Source: an uncultured Lachnospiraceae bacterium (GTDB lineage: Bacteria; Bacillota; Clostridia; Lachnospirales; Lachnospiraceae). From it: a stretch of DNA of 64,000 nucleotides. The stretch lies in the NCBI GenBank assembly GCA_900554205.1, contig USGM01000005.1, positions 2,230 through 66,229 on the forward strand. Reading direction: 5' to 3'. Made by a program: the position numbers and the translations under genes. This document shows positions 55,638 to 64,000 of this stretch, piece by piece; position 1 is the first letter of the stretch, and each line of letters begins with the position of its first letter. The notes under the pieces are model-generated. The model saw only the letters and a list, made by a program, of their open reading frames with translations. It made no database searches and was not told where the DNA came from.

Positions 55638-57269
55638 TCAATTGGCATTATGACGGCTTTTTCTCTTTTTTACCAACTCCCGACATACATAAGCGATAAT
55701 TAATATCCAGGCAATACCGAGAGCAGACAGCAGGGCGGTGGCAGTGGCGGGAAGAGGGCCGAGCTCTCTTTTGCCGGCGGCGGAGGCCTGTATCTGATCC
55801 AGCCGGTACAGTGAGCTTACGTCCTCAAACAGCTTGTCGAGGTAGGCATCATCGACCGTTTCCTTGCGGCGGATGGACTTTGCGACATTTTCGATCATCT
55901 GCCCTGACGCATCGCGCAGGGAGGCGGAGCCGTTGAAAACGGGAGTGACAAAGGTGTTTCCCACATTATCCAGAAGGAGCTTTGACGCCTTGATCTTGAC
56001 ATCATAGTAATTATTGTTGTCCTCTCCGGCGCGGGAAAGGTAATCCTGATATTCTGCGGAGTTCTGCGCCTTTGCCGTGACGGGAACATACCCCTCTGTC
56101 TCTGAGTAGGCGATCTGCACATCATTTGTGAGCAGGTACTGCGCAAAGAGCCACGATGCCAGAACCTCCTGCGAGTCGGTCTTGTTGAAGACGCAGACCG
56201 AAGGTCCCTGCGAGATCATCTGCGGATGTTCCGGGTCGAACTGCGGGATCATCATGACCTCGGTGTCGAAGTCTACCAGCACATCCTCGCTGATGTCGGA
56301 GAGCGGAGCGTTTGTGCCCATCCATGTCGCGCCCGCCGTGGAATCAATTGCAAAGATACACTGTCCGGCATTCAGGAAATTTGCAGGATAGCTGGAAATC
56401 TTGAAGGTCGAAAAGGCTCCGGTCTTCACATGATCGGCAACCGTGTAGAGCAGCTCCCGCGTCGTGTCATTAAAGATCTTGATTTCACCGGCGGAGGTGG
56501 AATATCCGGCATCCCTTTGATTCAGCATCTGTATCATCATGTTGTCCGTGGACTTATAGATGAACGGAATCAGCACGCTCTGACCGTTGACAAGGTAATT
56601 GCCGTCGGCATCCTTGGCTGTGGCGGCATCGGAAACCTCCCAAATGAAATCCCATGTAAGCGTCTCCGGCAGGGTATAGCCGAGCGCCTCCACATAGGTC
56701 TTGTTTACATAACATGCCTCGGTGGAGCGCATGAAAGGAACGGCATAGTAATGGCCCGCAAAGGAGCACTCTTCCAGAAACTGCGGGATGATCTCGTCCC
56801 TTGAGGGAGAGTCAAACAGCACCTCACTGCCGCCGAGACCGTAATTTGCATCCGTGAACAGCTCGTCGAGCGGTACGACCACATTCGTGCCGGTGAGGTA
56901 GGTCGCAATGTGATCGGGGTAGGTGATGCAGACGTTCGGGGTGGTGTTCGTCGCAATGTTCGTAATGACATCATTGTAAATTTTGCCGTAATCGGTATAC
57001 AGGCGCAGGTTCACAGTGATGTTCGGGTAGATATTTTCAAAATCCTCGATGGCTTTCTTATAGATGTCGGTCTGGCGCTTGTTCGTGTCATTCTTTGCCC
57101 AGAACGTGATCTCATAATTCCGCGAGGTGTCAAAGCTCTCGGGAATGGCGAAGCTTGCCTGTTCCTTGGAGCCGTGACAGGCGGTGAGTCCGAAGAGACA
57201 GAAGCCCGCCAGCAGGGAAGCCCTGAGTGTCTTTTTCAAAGTAAGTATGGTGTTCTTGAAACGGCTCAT
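55638..57269 (-). CDS. ABC substrate-binding lipoprotein (CUT1/UgpB-like) with C-terminal TM helix
   Basis: Lipobox LTAC, ITFW, TYPDH, PFMRSTE..Y.N, QGPS and TEGYVP; hydrophobic C-terminus. Confidence 0.82.
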   Translation of the reverse strand: MSRFKNTILTLKKTLRASLLAGFCLFGLTACHGSKEQASFAIPESFDTSRNYEITFWAKNDTNKRQTDIYKKAIEDFENIYPNITVNLRLYTDYGKIYNDVITNIATNTTPNVCITYPDHIATYLTGTNVVVPLDELFTDANYGLGGSEVLFDSPSRDEIIPQFLEECSFAGHYYAVPFMRSTEACYVNKTYVEALGYTLPETLTWDFIWEVSDAATAKDADGNYLVNGQSVLIPFIYKSTDNMMIQMLNQRDAGYSTSAGEIKIFNDTTRELLYTVADHVKTGAFSTFKISSYPANFLNAGQCIFAIDSTAGATWMGTNAPLSDISEDVLVDFDTEVMMIPQFDPEHPQMISQGPSVCVFNKTDSQEVLASWLFAQYLLTNDVQIAYSETEGYVPVTAKAQNSAEYQDYLSRAGEDNNNYYDVKIKASKLLLDNVGNTFVTPVFNGSASLRDASGQMIENVAKSIRRKETVDDAYLDKLFEDVSSLYRLDQIQASAAGKRELGPLPATATALLSALGIAWILIIAYVCRELVKKRKSRHNAN

Positions 57270-58141
57270 CCTTTTGTACCTCCTCTTGCGACTCCTGCCA
57301 TGATCTTCTTGCGGAAGATGAGGAAGAGAATAATCAGGGGAAGGGAGATGACGACGACCGCTGCCATCATGGCGGGGATATTTTCACGCCCGAAGCCGTT
57401 CTCGCGGATCTCCTGAATGCCGTTGGAAACCAGGAAGTAGTTCGGATCGTCGGTGATCAGTCTGGGCCAGACATAGGAGTTCCAGCACTCGATTACCTTC
57501 AGGATGACGATCGTAATCAGTGTGGGCCTGCAGATCGGGATCATGACCTTTCGCAGATAGCGCAGGTCAGATGTGCCGTCTACCTTCGCCGCATAGTACA
57601 GCTCGTCCGGAACCTGAGCGAAATTCTCGCGCAGCAGGTAGATATAAAACACGGAGGTCACGGACGGCAGGATCAGACCGGTGAAGGTGTTGCGCAGTCC
57701 GAGATTCGTGATCGTGGCAAAGTTTGTGATGACAACAAGCTCATTCGGGATCATCATCAGGGAGAGGAACAGCGTGAATACAGCATCTCTGCCCTTAAAC
57801 TCCAGCCGCGCAAAGGCGAATGCGGCGAGCGTGATGACGACCAGCATGATTGCTGTCGTGATGACGGTGAAGATCAGCGTGTTCAGCAGATACTTGCCGA
57901 GGGAGACCGTTGTAAAAGCGTCAACATAGTTCTGCAGGGTCGGTGAAAGCGTGAAAAAGGATGGGATCTTCTCGGAGTTGTACGAGCCGTAGCTTTTCAC
58001 GGAGGTCAGCACCATCCAGTAGAAGGGAAACAGGACGATGATCGCCCAGAGGGACAACAGGAAATACAGCACGATATTTCCAACGGTCTTTCTGGTCTTG
58101 GCATTTTTGGAAATTTTATCATAATCAGTCTGATTGCTCAT
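57266..58141 (-). CDS. CUT1 ABC permease (UgpE/MalG-like)
   Basis: PFYWMV, MMIP.E, ELYYAAKVDG and WNSYVWP. Confidence 0.88.
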   Translation of the reverse strand: MSNQTDYDKISKNAKTRKTVGNIVLYFLLSLWAIIVLFPFYWMVLTSVKSYGSYNSEKIPSFFTLSPTLQNYVDAFTTVSLGKYLLNTLIFTVITTAIMLVVITLAAFAFARLEFKGRDAVFTLFLSLMMIPNELVVITNFATITNLGLRNTFTGLILPSVTSVFYIYLLRENFAQVPDELYYAAKVDGTSDLRYLRKVMIPICRPTLITIVILKVIECWNSYVWPRLITDDPNYFLVSNGIQEIRENGFGRENIPAMMAAVVVISLPLIILFLIFRKKIMAGVARGGTKG

Positions 58142-58154
58142 GGTTTCGATCCTC

Positions 58155-59048
58155 TTATGCGTAGTGAACATGTTTCTTTGATACCAGCAGATTGATGCAG
58201 GTGATGGTGAGCACAATGGCGAACAGAATGATCGCCGCGGCGGAAGCGTAGGACGGATAACCGCCGCTGTCGCCGTACAGCATATCATATACATAGCCTA
58301 CAATGGTGTTCATCTCTGCCGCATTCAGGTCGGTGCCGAACAGGGCGACCGCATCGCTGTACGCCTTGAACGCGCCGATAAAGCCGGTGATAATCAGATA
58401 GAAGATCATGGGAGAGATCATGGGAACCGTAATCTTTCGGAAAATGCGGAAGCGTGAGGTTCCGTCTACTCTCGCGGCGTTGTAGTAAATCTGGTTGACG
58501 CTGGCAAGCGCGCTCGTCAGAATCAGGATCTTAAAGGGCATAACGACCCAGATCGTATAGAAGCAGAGCACGAAGAGCTTTGCCCAGTAGGGACCGTCTA
58601 TGAAGTCAACGGAGCTGCCGCCGAAGAGGGAGATCAGAAGGTTGACCAGACCGTCGGAATAGGCAGTTTTTTTGAACAAGATCATAAACACCAGACCTAC
58701 CGCCAGCGTGTTTGTGACATAGGGCAGGAAGTAGATCGTCTGGTACAGCTCCCGCAGGGGCTTGATCGAGCTTAAGCCGACGGAGATGAGCAGCGCGAGG
58801 AGTGTGGACACCGGAACGGTGATAATGACCAGAATAAACGTGTTTTTCACAGCCTGAAGGAAATATGGGTCGTGCAGCACATAGGAGTAATTGTAACCGC
58901 CTACGCCGAAAAAGGTCTGTGACGCTGAGTTATAGCCCTCCTCAAAGGAATAGACAAATACATCAATCAGCGGATAGATCATGAATACGCCCAGAAAAAG
59001 GAACGCGGGCAGCAGGTAGAGCCATACCTTGAAATTATGTTTTTCCAT
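58155..59048 (-). CDS. CUT1 ABC permease (UgpA/MalF-like)
   Basis: YFLPYVT and YYNAARVDG; six TM helices. Confidence 0.88.
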   Translation of the reverse strand: MEKHNFKVWLYLLPAFLFLGVFMIYPLIDVFVYSFEEGYNSASQTFFGVGGYNYSYVLHDPYFLQAVKNTFILVIITVPVSTLLALLISVGLSSIKPLRELYQTIYFLPYVTNTLAVGLVFMILFKKTAYSDGLVNLLISLFGGSSVDFIDGPYWAKLFVLCFYTIWVVMPFKILILTSALASVNQIYYNAARVDGTSRFRIFRKITVPMISPMIFYLIITGFIGAFKAYSDAVALFGTDLNAAEMNTIVGYVYDMLYGDSGGYPSYASAAAIILFAIVLTITCINLLVSKKHVHYA

Positions 59049-59087
59049 GCTTATTTCCATGCCTTTCTGTAATTTGAGAGATGCAGG

Positions 59088-60188
59088 CTATATGTCAAAA
59101 TGGATTCTCTCTTCCGTTTCCTTATTAAATAGGAATACCTTCCGCGGCTTCAATGCGAACCTGACAGTGGCGGAGGCAGTGTTTACCGAATTTTCCGCGG
59201 CAATGATGGAGCGGATCGTGAGGTTCTGGGAGCAGGGATGCGTGGAGACAACGCTGACATCTCTTCCCATGACCTCCAGCCGGTTCAGTGCGCAGCAGAG
59301 AGGGCCGTCCTCTTTTAGAATGAAGCCCTCGGGACGGATGCCGACATAGACCTCCTGATCGGGCACGCCCTTGGCATCGAGAACCGCATTCTCGCCGAGA
59401 TAGAGCTTACCGGACTTTACCTGTCCCTCAAATACGTTGATGGGCGGAGTGCCGAGGAACTTCGCAACGAAGAGATTTACAGGATCGTCATAGACATCCT
59501 GCGGCTTGCCGAGCTGCTGGACATAGCCGTCCTTCATGACGACAATCAGGTCGGAAATGCTCATTGCCTCATCCTGATCGTGTGTGACAAAGATCGTCGT
59601 CACCATGGTTTCACGCTGGATACGGCGGATTTCCTCACGGGTCTGCAGGCGCAGTCTTGCGTCAAGGTTGGAGAGGGGCTCGTCCAGAAGGAGTACCTTC
59701 GGTGTCTTTACCAGCGCTCTGGCGATGGCTACACGCTGCTGCTGGCCGCCGGAGAGTTCGTTCGGCTTGCGCTCCATCAGACCGTCGAGCTGGACAAGCT
59801 TCGCAGCCTCATAGACACGCTTTTTCATTTCTTCCTTGGAGAGCTTTTCCGCGCCGCGCAGATTTTCCAGCGGGAACTGGATATTTTTTTCCACGGTGAG
59901 ATGCGGGTAGAGCGCATAATTCTGGAATACCAGACCGACGCCCCTGTTCTCGGGGGGAAGCATGGTGACATCATCCTCGCCGAAGAGGATTCTGCCCTCT
60001 GTGGGCTTTAACAGTCCGCAGATCAGGTTCAGGGTCGTGCTCTTGCCGCAGCCGGAGGGTCCCAGAAGCCCGATCAGCTTGCCGTCGGGGATTTCAAAGT
60101 TAAAATCGCCCACGGCAGTCACTTCGCTGCGATCCTTCTTGTTGCGGCTGGGAAATTTCTTTGTCAGATGTTCCAATACAATTTTCAT
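59088..60188 (-). CDS. CUT1 ABC ATP-binding protein (MalK/UgpC-like)
   Basis: GPSGCGKST, FQNYALYPH, LSGGQQQR, DEPLSNLD and VTHDQ. Confidence 0.92.
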   Translation of the reverse strand: MKIVLEHLTKKFPSRNKKDRSEVTAVGDFNFEIPDGKLIGLLGPSGCGKSTTLNLICGLLKPTEGRILFGEDDVTMLPPENRGVGLVFQNYALYPHLTVEKNIQFPLENLRGAEKLSKEEMKKRVYEAAKLVQLDGLMERKPNELSGGQQQRVAIARALVKTPKVLLLDEPLSNLDARLRLQTREEIRRIQRETMVTTIFVTHDQDEAMSISDLIVVMKDGYVQQLGKPQDVYDDPVNLFVAKFLGTPPINVFEGQVKSGKLYLGENAVLDAKGVPDQEVYVGIRPEGFILKEDGPLCCALNRLEVMGRDVSVVSTHPCSQNLTIRSIIAAENSVNTASATVRFALKPRKVFLFNKETEERIHFDI

Positions 60189-60269
60189 GGCTCCTCACCT
60201 TCTGCCTGTCCGGCGGTATGTTATGTTGGGGGGCAAAAGCCCTATAGAGTTCAGCATTCGTTACGGCAA

Positions 60270-61019
60270 TCAGATGCCGTAGGACTCCCGCAGGTCGCTG
60301 GAAATATGGTCGAGATCGGGATATACAAAGCTCTCCGTGATACCGAAGGCACGCAGGCTCTCGATGAAATATTTCTTCCGGTAGCTCGGGATGATGATCT
60401 TGTACAGCATGTTTTCGTCGCAGATTTCGTCCAGACGCTGCAGGGAGTTGTGGACGGTGAAATTGGAGTGCTGCGAATACATGCGCAGGTTGTTCTCCGT
60501 GGAGCTGCAGGCAAGGATCTTGTCCACAAGCTCAGGGTTGTGGTGATTATGTTTAAAGGCGGGCAGCAGCATTTCCTGCGTCGTGTCCGCATCGATCGGG
60601 TAGATGCAGCGGCCGAAGCCCTCCTTTTCGTTCAGCAGATCGGGTGCAAGAACCCAGATACCGGCATCCTTCTCCGAGGTCGTTTGGTAAGTTTCCGTTG
60701 CGAAGAAGGCGGCAATCAGGGGCGACTCGCTCCAGTCCAGCATCCTCGTCGGAAGACCGTAATGCTGCATGAGCGATACCCATGCGGCGTAATTATGTTT
60801 TGCGGGGGGATTGTCCGTGATCTGCCTTGCGCGGGTGTAAAAATCGTTTGTAATATATCTTTCCACATCCAGACGCTTCTGGCTTCTCTGGATCGAGGGG
60901 ATCAGCGTCAGCGCCGCGTCCTCCTCTCCGCGATACCACAGGCGTCTGCCGTGTTTTTCATAGAGACCGTTCATAAAATGAAGCAGCTCATCAATCGTGC
61001 GTATTTCCTGAATGAGCAT
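60270..61019 (-). CDS. FRG domain-containing protein
   Basis: WYRGE, L.PSI.R, QHYGLPTRMLDWS..PLIAAFFA, R..SQ...F and GI....VYPDL. Confidence 0.85.
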   Translation of the reverse strand: MLIQEIRTIDELLHFMNGLYEKHGRRLWYRGEEDAALTLIPSIQRSQKRLDVERYITNDFYTRARQITDNPPAKHNYAAWVSLMQHYGLPTRMLDWSESPLIAAFFATETYQTTSEKDAGIWVLAPDLLNEKEGFGRCIYPIDADTTQEMLLPAFKHNHHNPELVDKILACSSTENNLRMYSQHSNFTVHNSLQRLDEICDENMLYKIIIPSYRKKYFIESLRAFGITESFVYPDLDHISSDLRESYGI

Positions 61020-61129
61020 TTTTTCCTCACATTCCGCCGGTATACCGGCTATCTTTCTGTGCGCCGTAGTTGATTATAACACAAAACCTGTGCTACAATC
61101 GAGAAAAAGTGAAAGAAAAAGGAAAAATT

Positions 61130-62176
61130 ATGCCGCAGGAAGAAAATCATAAGCGCCGGGTACATTACTCCGGCAAATATCCCAGAAATTTCAAAGAGAA
61201 ATACAAGGAGCTGAACCCCGAAAGGTATTCGGACACCGTGGAGCATGTCATGAAAAAGGGCAGCACACCGGCGGGAATGCACATTTCCATTATGGTCAGG
61301 GAAATTCTGGACATCCTGAAAATCCGGCCGGGCGAGACCGGCTTTGACGCGACGTTAGGCTATGGCGGGCACACGAAAGCCATGCTGGAATGTCTCGGGG
61401 GACAGGGGCATATGTATGCGACGGATGTTGATCCCATCGAGTCCGAGAAGACGCGGAAGCGGCTTGCTGCCGCAGGCTTCGGGGAGGACATACTGACAAT
61501 TAAACTACAGAATTTCTGCACGATAGACGAGATCGCGCGGGAGGCGAGGGGCTTTGACTTCATTCTGGCAGACCTCGGTGTCTCTTCCATGCAGATTGAC
61601 GACCCGGACAGGGGCTTTTCCTATAAGAATGATGGGCCGCTGGATCTGCGGCTGAACCCGGAGGCGGGCATCAGCGCGGCGCAGCGCCTCGACAGTATTT
61701 CGGCGGAGGAGCTTGCGGGTATGCTCGTGGAAAATTCGGACGAGCCTTATGCGGAGAAGCTGGCGCTGGCGATCACGGGAAAAATACGCCGCGGACAGCG
61801 GATCGATACCACGCGGAAGCTGTATGAGGTGATAGCGGAAGCACTGGATTTCCTGCCGGAAAAGGAAAAGAAGGACACGGTGAAGAAGACCTGCCAGCGC
61901 GTCTTTCAGGCATTGCGCATTGATGTCAACAATGAGTTCGAGGTGCTCTATGAGTTTCTCGAGAAGCTGCCGGGCGCGCTGAAGCCGGGCGGAAGGGTCG
62001 CAATCCTGACCTTCCATTCCGGGGAGGACAAGCTTGTCAAAAGGGCATTCAAGGAAGGGCTCCGCGAAGGCGTTTACGCAGACGCGGCGAGGGATGTCAT
62101 CCGCCCCTCCGCAGAGGAATGCGCGCAGAACGGCAGGGCGAGATCGACAAAGCTGCGCTGGGCAGTAAGGGCGTGA
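61130..62176 (+). CDS. rsmH: RsmH (MraW)-family SAM-dependent methyltransferase, paralogue with N-terminal extension
   Basis: DATLGYGGH, DLGVSSMQID...RGFS, GPLDLR, FQALRIDVN.E, TFHSGED and RARSTKLR. Confidence 0.85.
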   Translation: MPQEENHKRRVHYSGKYPRNFKEKYKELNPERYSDTVEHVMKKGSTPAGMHISIMVREILDILKIRPGETGFDATLGYGGHTKAMLECLGGQGHMYATDVDPIESEKTRKRLAAAGFGEDILTIKLQNFCTIDEIAREARGFDFILADLGVSSMQIDDPDRGFSYKNDGPLDLRLNPEAGISAAQRLDSISAEELAGMLVENSDEPYAEKLALAITGKIRRGQRIDTTRKLYEVIAEALDFLPEKEKKDTVKKTCQRVFQALRIDVNNEFEVLYEFLEKLPGALKPGGRVAILTFHSGEDKLVKRAFKEGLREGVYADAARDVIRPSAEECAQNGRARSTKLRWAVRA

Positions 62177-62216
62177 GGAGTGAGTCTTCGGATTCGCTCC
62201 TTTTTTGATCCATCTA

Positions 62217-62268
62217 TTGCTTTTCCTTTAGAACTATGACATAATCGAAGTGTGAATGAATATTCATT
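62217..62268 (+). promoter_or_regulatory. promoter with perfect 14-bp palindrome (probable TetR operator)
   Basis: TTGCTT-17 nt-CATAAT followed by AATGAATATTCATT (62255-68). Confidence 0.65.
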
Positions 62269-62288
62269 TTTAAAAAGGAGATAAAAGA

Positions 62289-62894
62289 TTGACGAACCAC
62301 AGACAGGAACAGCATGACGCAAAAAAGATAGAATGGATGGAGAAATGCTTTGAATGCTATGCCGAAAACGGACTGACCGGAACAGGCATGAAAGCGTTGT
62401 CACAGGCGTGCGGCTGTGCCCCGGGAAATTTCTATCTGTACTTTAAGAATCTCGATGATCTGATCATCCAGTCCACCGCCCATTGCATGGCAAAGGTAGA
62501 GGATGAATTTATGGCGAAAGCCCCGACTGACCTGAATGATGTTGCACGATTTGTGGCGGAGGTGCCATATTGGACGGCGCGGGAGCACGGAAAGAAATAT
62601 CGGCTGATGTATCAGGTATACACACACCCGAAGTATATCGAGCACGGCAAAAAATTCTTTGAGGGTGTCAATGAGAGATATACCAAATACGCAAAACAGC
62701 TTGAACCGAAGATTGGCATACCTTACAACGTAATAACCTCTCTGATATTCATTTTTGTCCGCGCCTGCGTACATTACGCCATGTTTGAGGATGAGTATTA
62801 TCTCAAAAGCCAGATGGAGGTCTTGAAACAGGGAGTTAGCCTGTTTGCTGATAAATACCGCTCACAATATCAGAACGGAGGTAAGAAAGAGTGA
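62289..62894 (+). CDS. TetR/AcrR family regulator
   Basis: GLTGTGMKALSQACGCAPGNFYLYFKNLDDL HTH; TTG start after AAGGAG. Confidence 0.85.
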   Translation: MTNHRQEQHDAKKIEWMEKCFECYAENGLTGTGMKALSQACGCAPGNFYLYFKNLDDLIIQSTAHCMAKVEDEFMAKAPTDLNDVARFVAEVPYWTAREHGKKYRLMYQVYTHPKYIEHGKKFFEGVNERYTKYAKQLEPKIGIPYNVITSLIFIFVRACVHYAMFEDEYYLKSQMEVLKQGVSLFADKYRSQYQNGGKKE

Positions 62895-64000
62895 AAAAGC
62901 GAATTCTAAGTATCCTGCTAGCCTTAATTATGGTGGTATGCCTTGTGCCGGTTGCGGCGCAGGCGGAAGAGGGCGATGCGGAGTATACCATTGAAAGCCG
63001 GGAAGGGTCTTCGACAACTGAGACAGTGACCCAGCCCGGCGGGGGCGAGTATACCGAAGGAGTGGAATCGGTGAGTCAGAACGGGGAAACGCTCACAGCC
63101 GAAATGCTCTCGTCAACAAATGCCAAGGGCACCGCCTCGCAGACGGCGAGCGTTGGCACAGAGAATGAGCTTGTCGCCGCGCTTGCAGATCCCACCGTGG
63201 ACATTGTCGAGCTGAATGCGAACATTTCTCTGGGTGGTGGTGTAACTCTGACCGTTGTCCGCGAAGTCACCCTCGACCTCAACGGCTATGTACTGCAGGG
63301 CAGCGGTCGCAGCGTATTTGAAATTAAGGATGGCGGTCACATGTTTGTCACCGACAGCAGACCCACGGAGAAGCATAAATTCTGGGTCAACAATAGCTAC
63401 AGTTACGGTGTTTGGAATTGGGATGACCAGCGCGGCGACGAGGACAAAACCGTCCACGGCGGCGCTATCACCGGTGGCTACGACATAGACGGCGGTGGCG
63501 GCGTGAAAGTGCGCGACGGCGGCAGGCTGACTATGAACGGCGGCAACATCGTGGGCTGCGGCAGCTCCAGTGCGGAAGGCGGCGGTGTGAAAGTGGACGG
63601 AGGCGGCGTATTTGAGATGAATGGCGGCAACGTCGTCGGCTGCGCCGCTCAGAGCAGAGACGGTGGCGGCGTGTACGTCGCTGAAAAAGGCACATTCATC
63701 ATGAACAGCGGTACGATCCAGGATTGTGTGTCCCGCGGCGCGGGCAGCGGGGGCGGCGTCTGCAACAAGGGGAAGTTCACCATGAACGGCGGCACGATCC
63801 GAAACTGTGCTGCCCCCGCGGGCGGAGCAGTGTACCATTACAATTACAGCGGCGACCCGCTTACCCTGAACGGCAGGATCATTTCAGATAACAGCGATCA
63901 GTGGCAGCCTGTATACGCGCAGAGTGACGGCACGGTGACCATCGGCGCTGCTGCGGACATTCAGGCGAATATGTACCTGATGAACTGTACCGTCCTGACC
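62891..64000 (+). CDS. secreted/surface protein with beta-helix (GGGV/GGAV) repeats, 5' part only
   Basis: GTG start overlapping the TetR stop; signal peptide MKKRILSILLALIMVVCLVPVAAQA, TLDLNG, repeated GGGV...F.MNGG.I..C; frame open to the window end. Confidence 0.8.
   Translation, partial: MKKRILSILLALIMVVCLVPVAAQAEEGDAEYTIESREGSSTTETVTQPGGGEYTEGVESVSQNGETLTAEMLSSTNAKGTASQTASVGTENELVAALADPTVDIVELNANISLGGGVTLTVVREVTLDLNGYVLQGSGRSVFEIKDGGHMFVTDSRPTEKHKFWVNNSYSYGVWNWDDQRGDEDKTVHGGAITGGYDIDGGGGVKVRDGGRLTMNGGNIVGCGSSSAEGGGVKVDGGGVFEMNGGNVVGCAAQSRDGGGVYVAEKGTFIMNSGTIQDCVSRGAGSGGGVCNKGKFTMNGGTIRNCAAPAGGAVYHYNYSGDPLTLNGRIISDNSDQWQPVYAQSDGTVTIGAAADIQANMYLMNCTVLT

Noticed and set aside
63113..63838. 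241-aa minus-strand ORF
   Set aside because: Shadow of the plus-strand beta-helix surface protein, which the track misses because it has no stop in the window

Overview
About 50% GC chromosomal segment from a Bacillota bacterium. Gene content and regulatory signals suggest a Lachnospiraceae-like gut anaerobe (inference). It carries a complete type II Wadjet (JetABCD) anti-plasmid operon. Directly downstream sits a terminator-bounded two-gene cassette pairing ClpP with a soluble VirD4/TraG-like ATPase, with no other conjugation genes nearby. Housekeeping and accessory content includes several ABC transporters, a Trp T-box/trpB2 unit, a glycine riboswitch/alanine-glycine symporter, TrkA plus a CPA1 antiporter, a MerR-ABC-UvrA-like module, a GT-C/UbiA surface-glycosylation island, pncA-pncB, metY, dus, WYL/GyrI-like genes, an rsmH paralogue and a partial surface protein. 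Reading the intergenic DNA reveals elements the ORF track misses: (1) a Cys/Met-rich 39-aa leader peptide with terminator/antiterminator geometry upstream of metY; (2) a promoter-structured RNA-terminator-DUF3800 cassette resembling a type III toxin-antitoxin locus, with a 5' frameshift; (3) a second leader peptide plus terminator upstream of an uncharacterised ATPase; (4) a fold-back MITE-like element; (5) a 53-bp tandem repeat; (6) a reverse transcriptase fragment fused to an Rpn-like C-terminus; and (7) several genes with internal deletions. All family calls come from motif recognition by eye; no searches were run.
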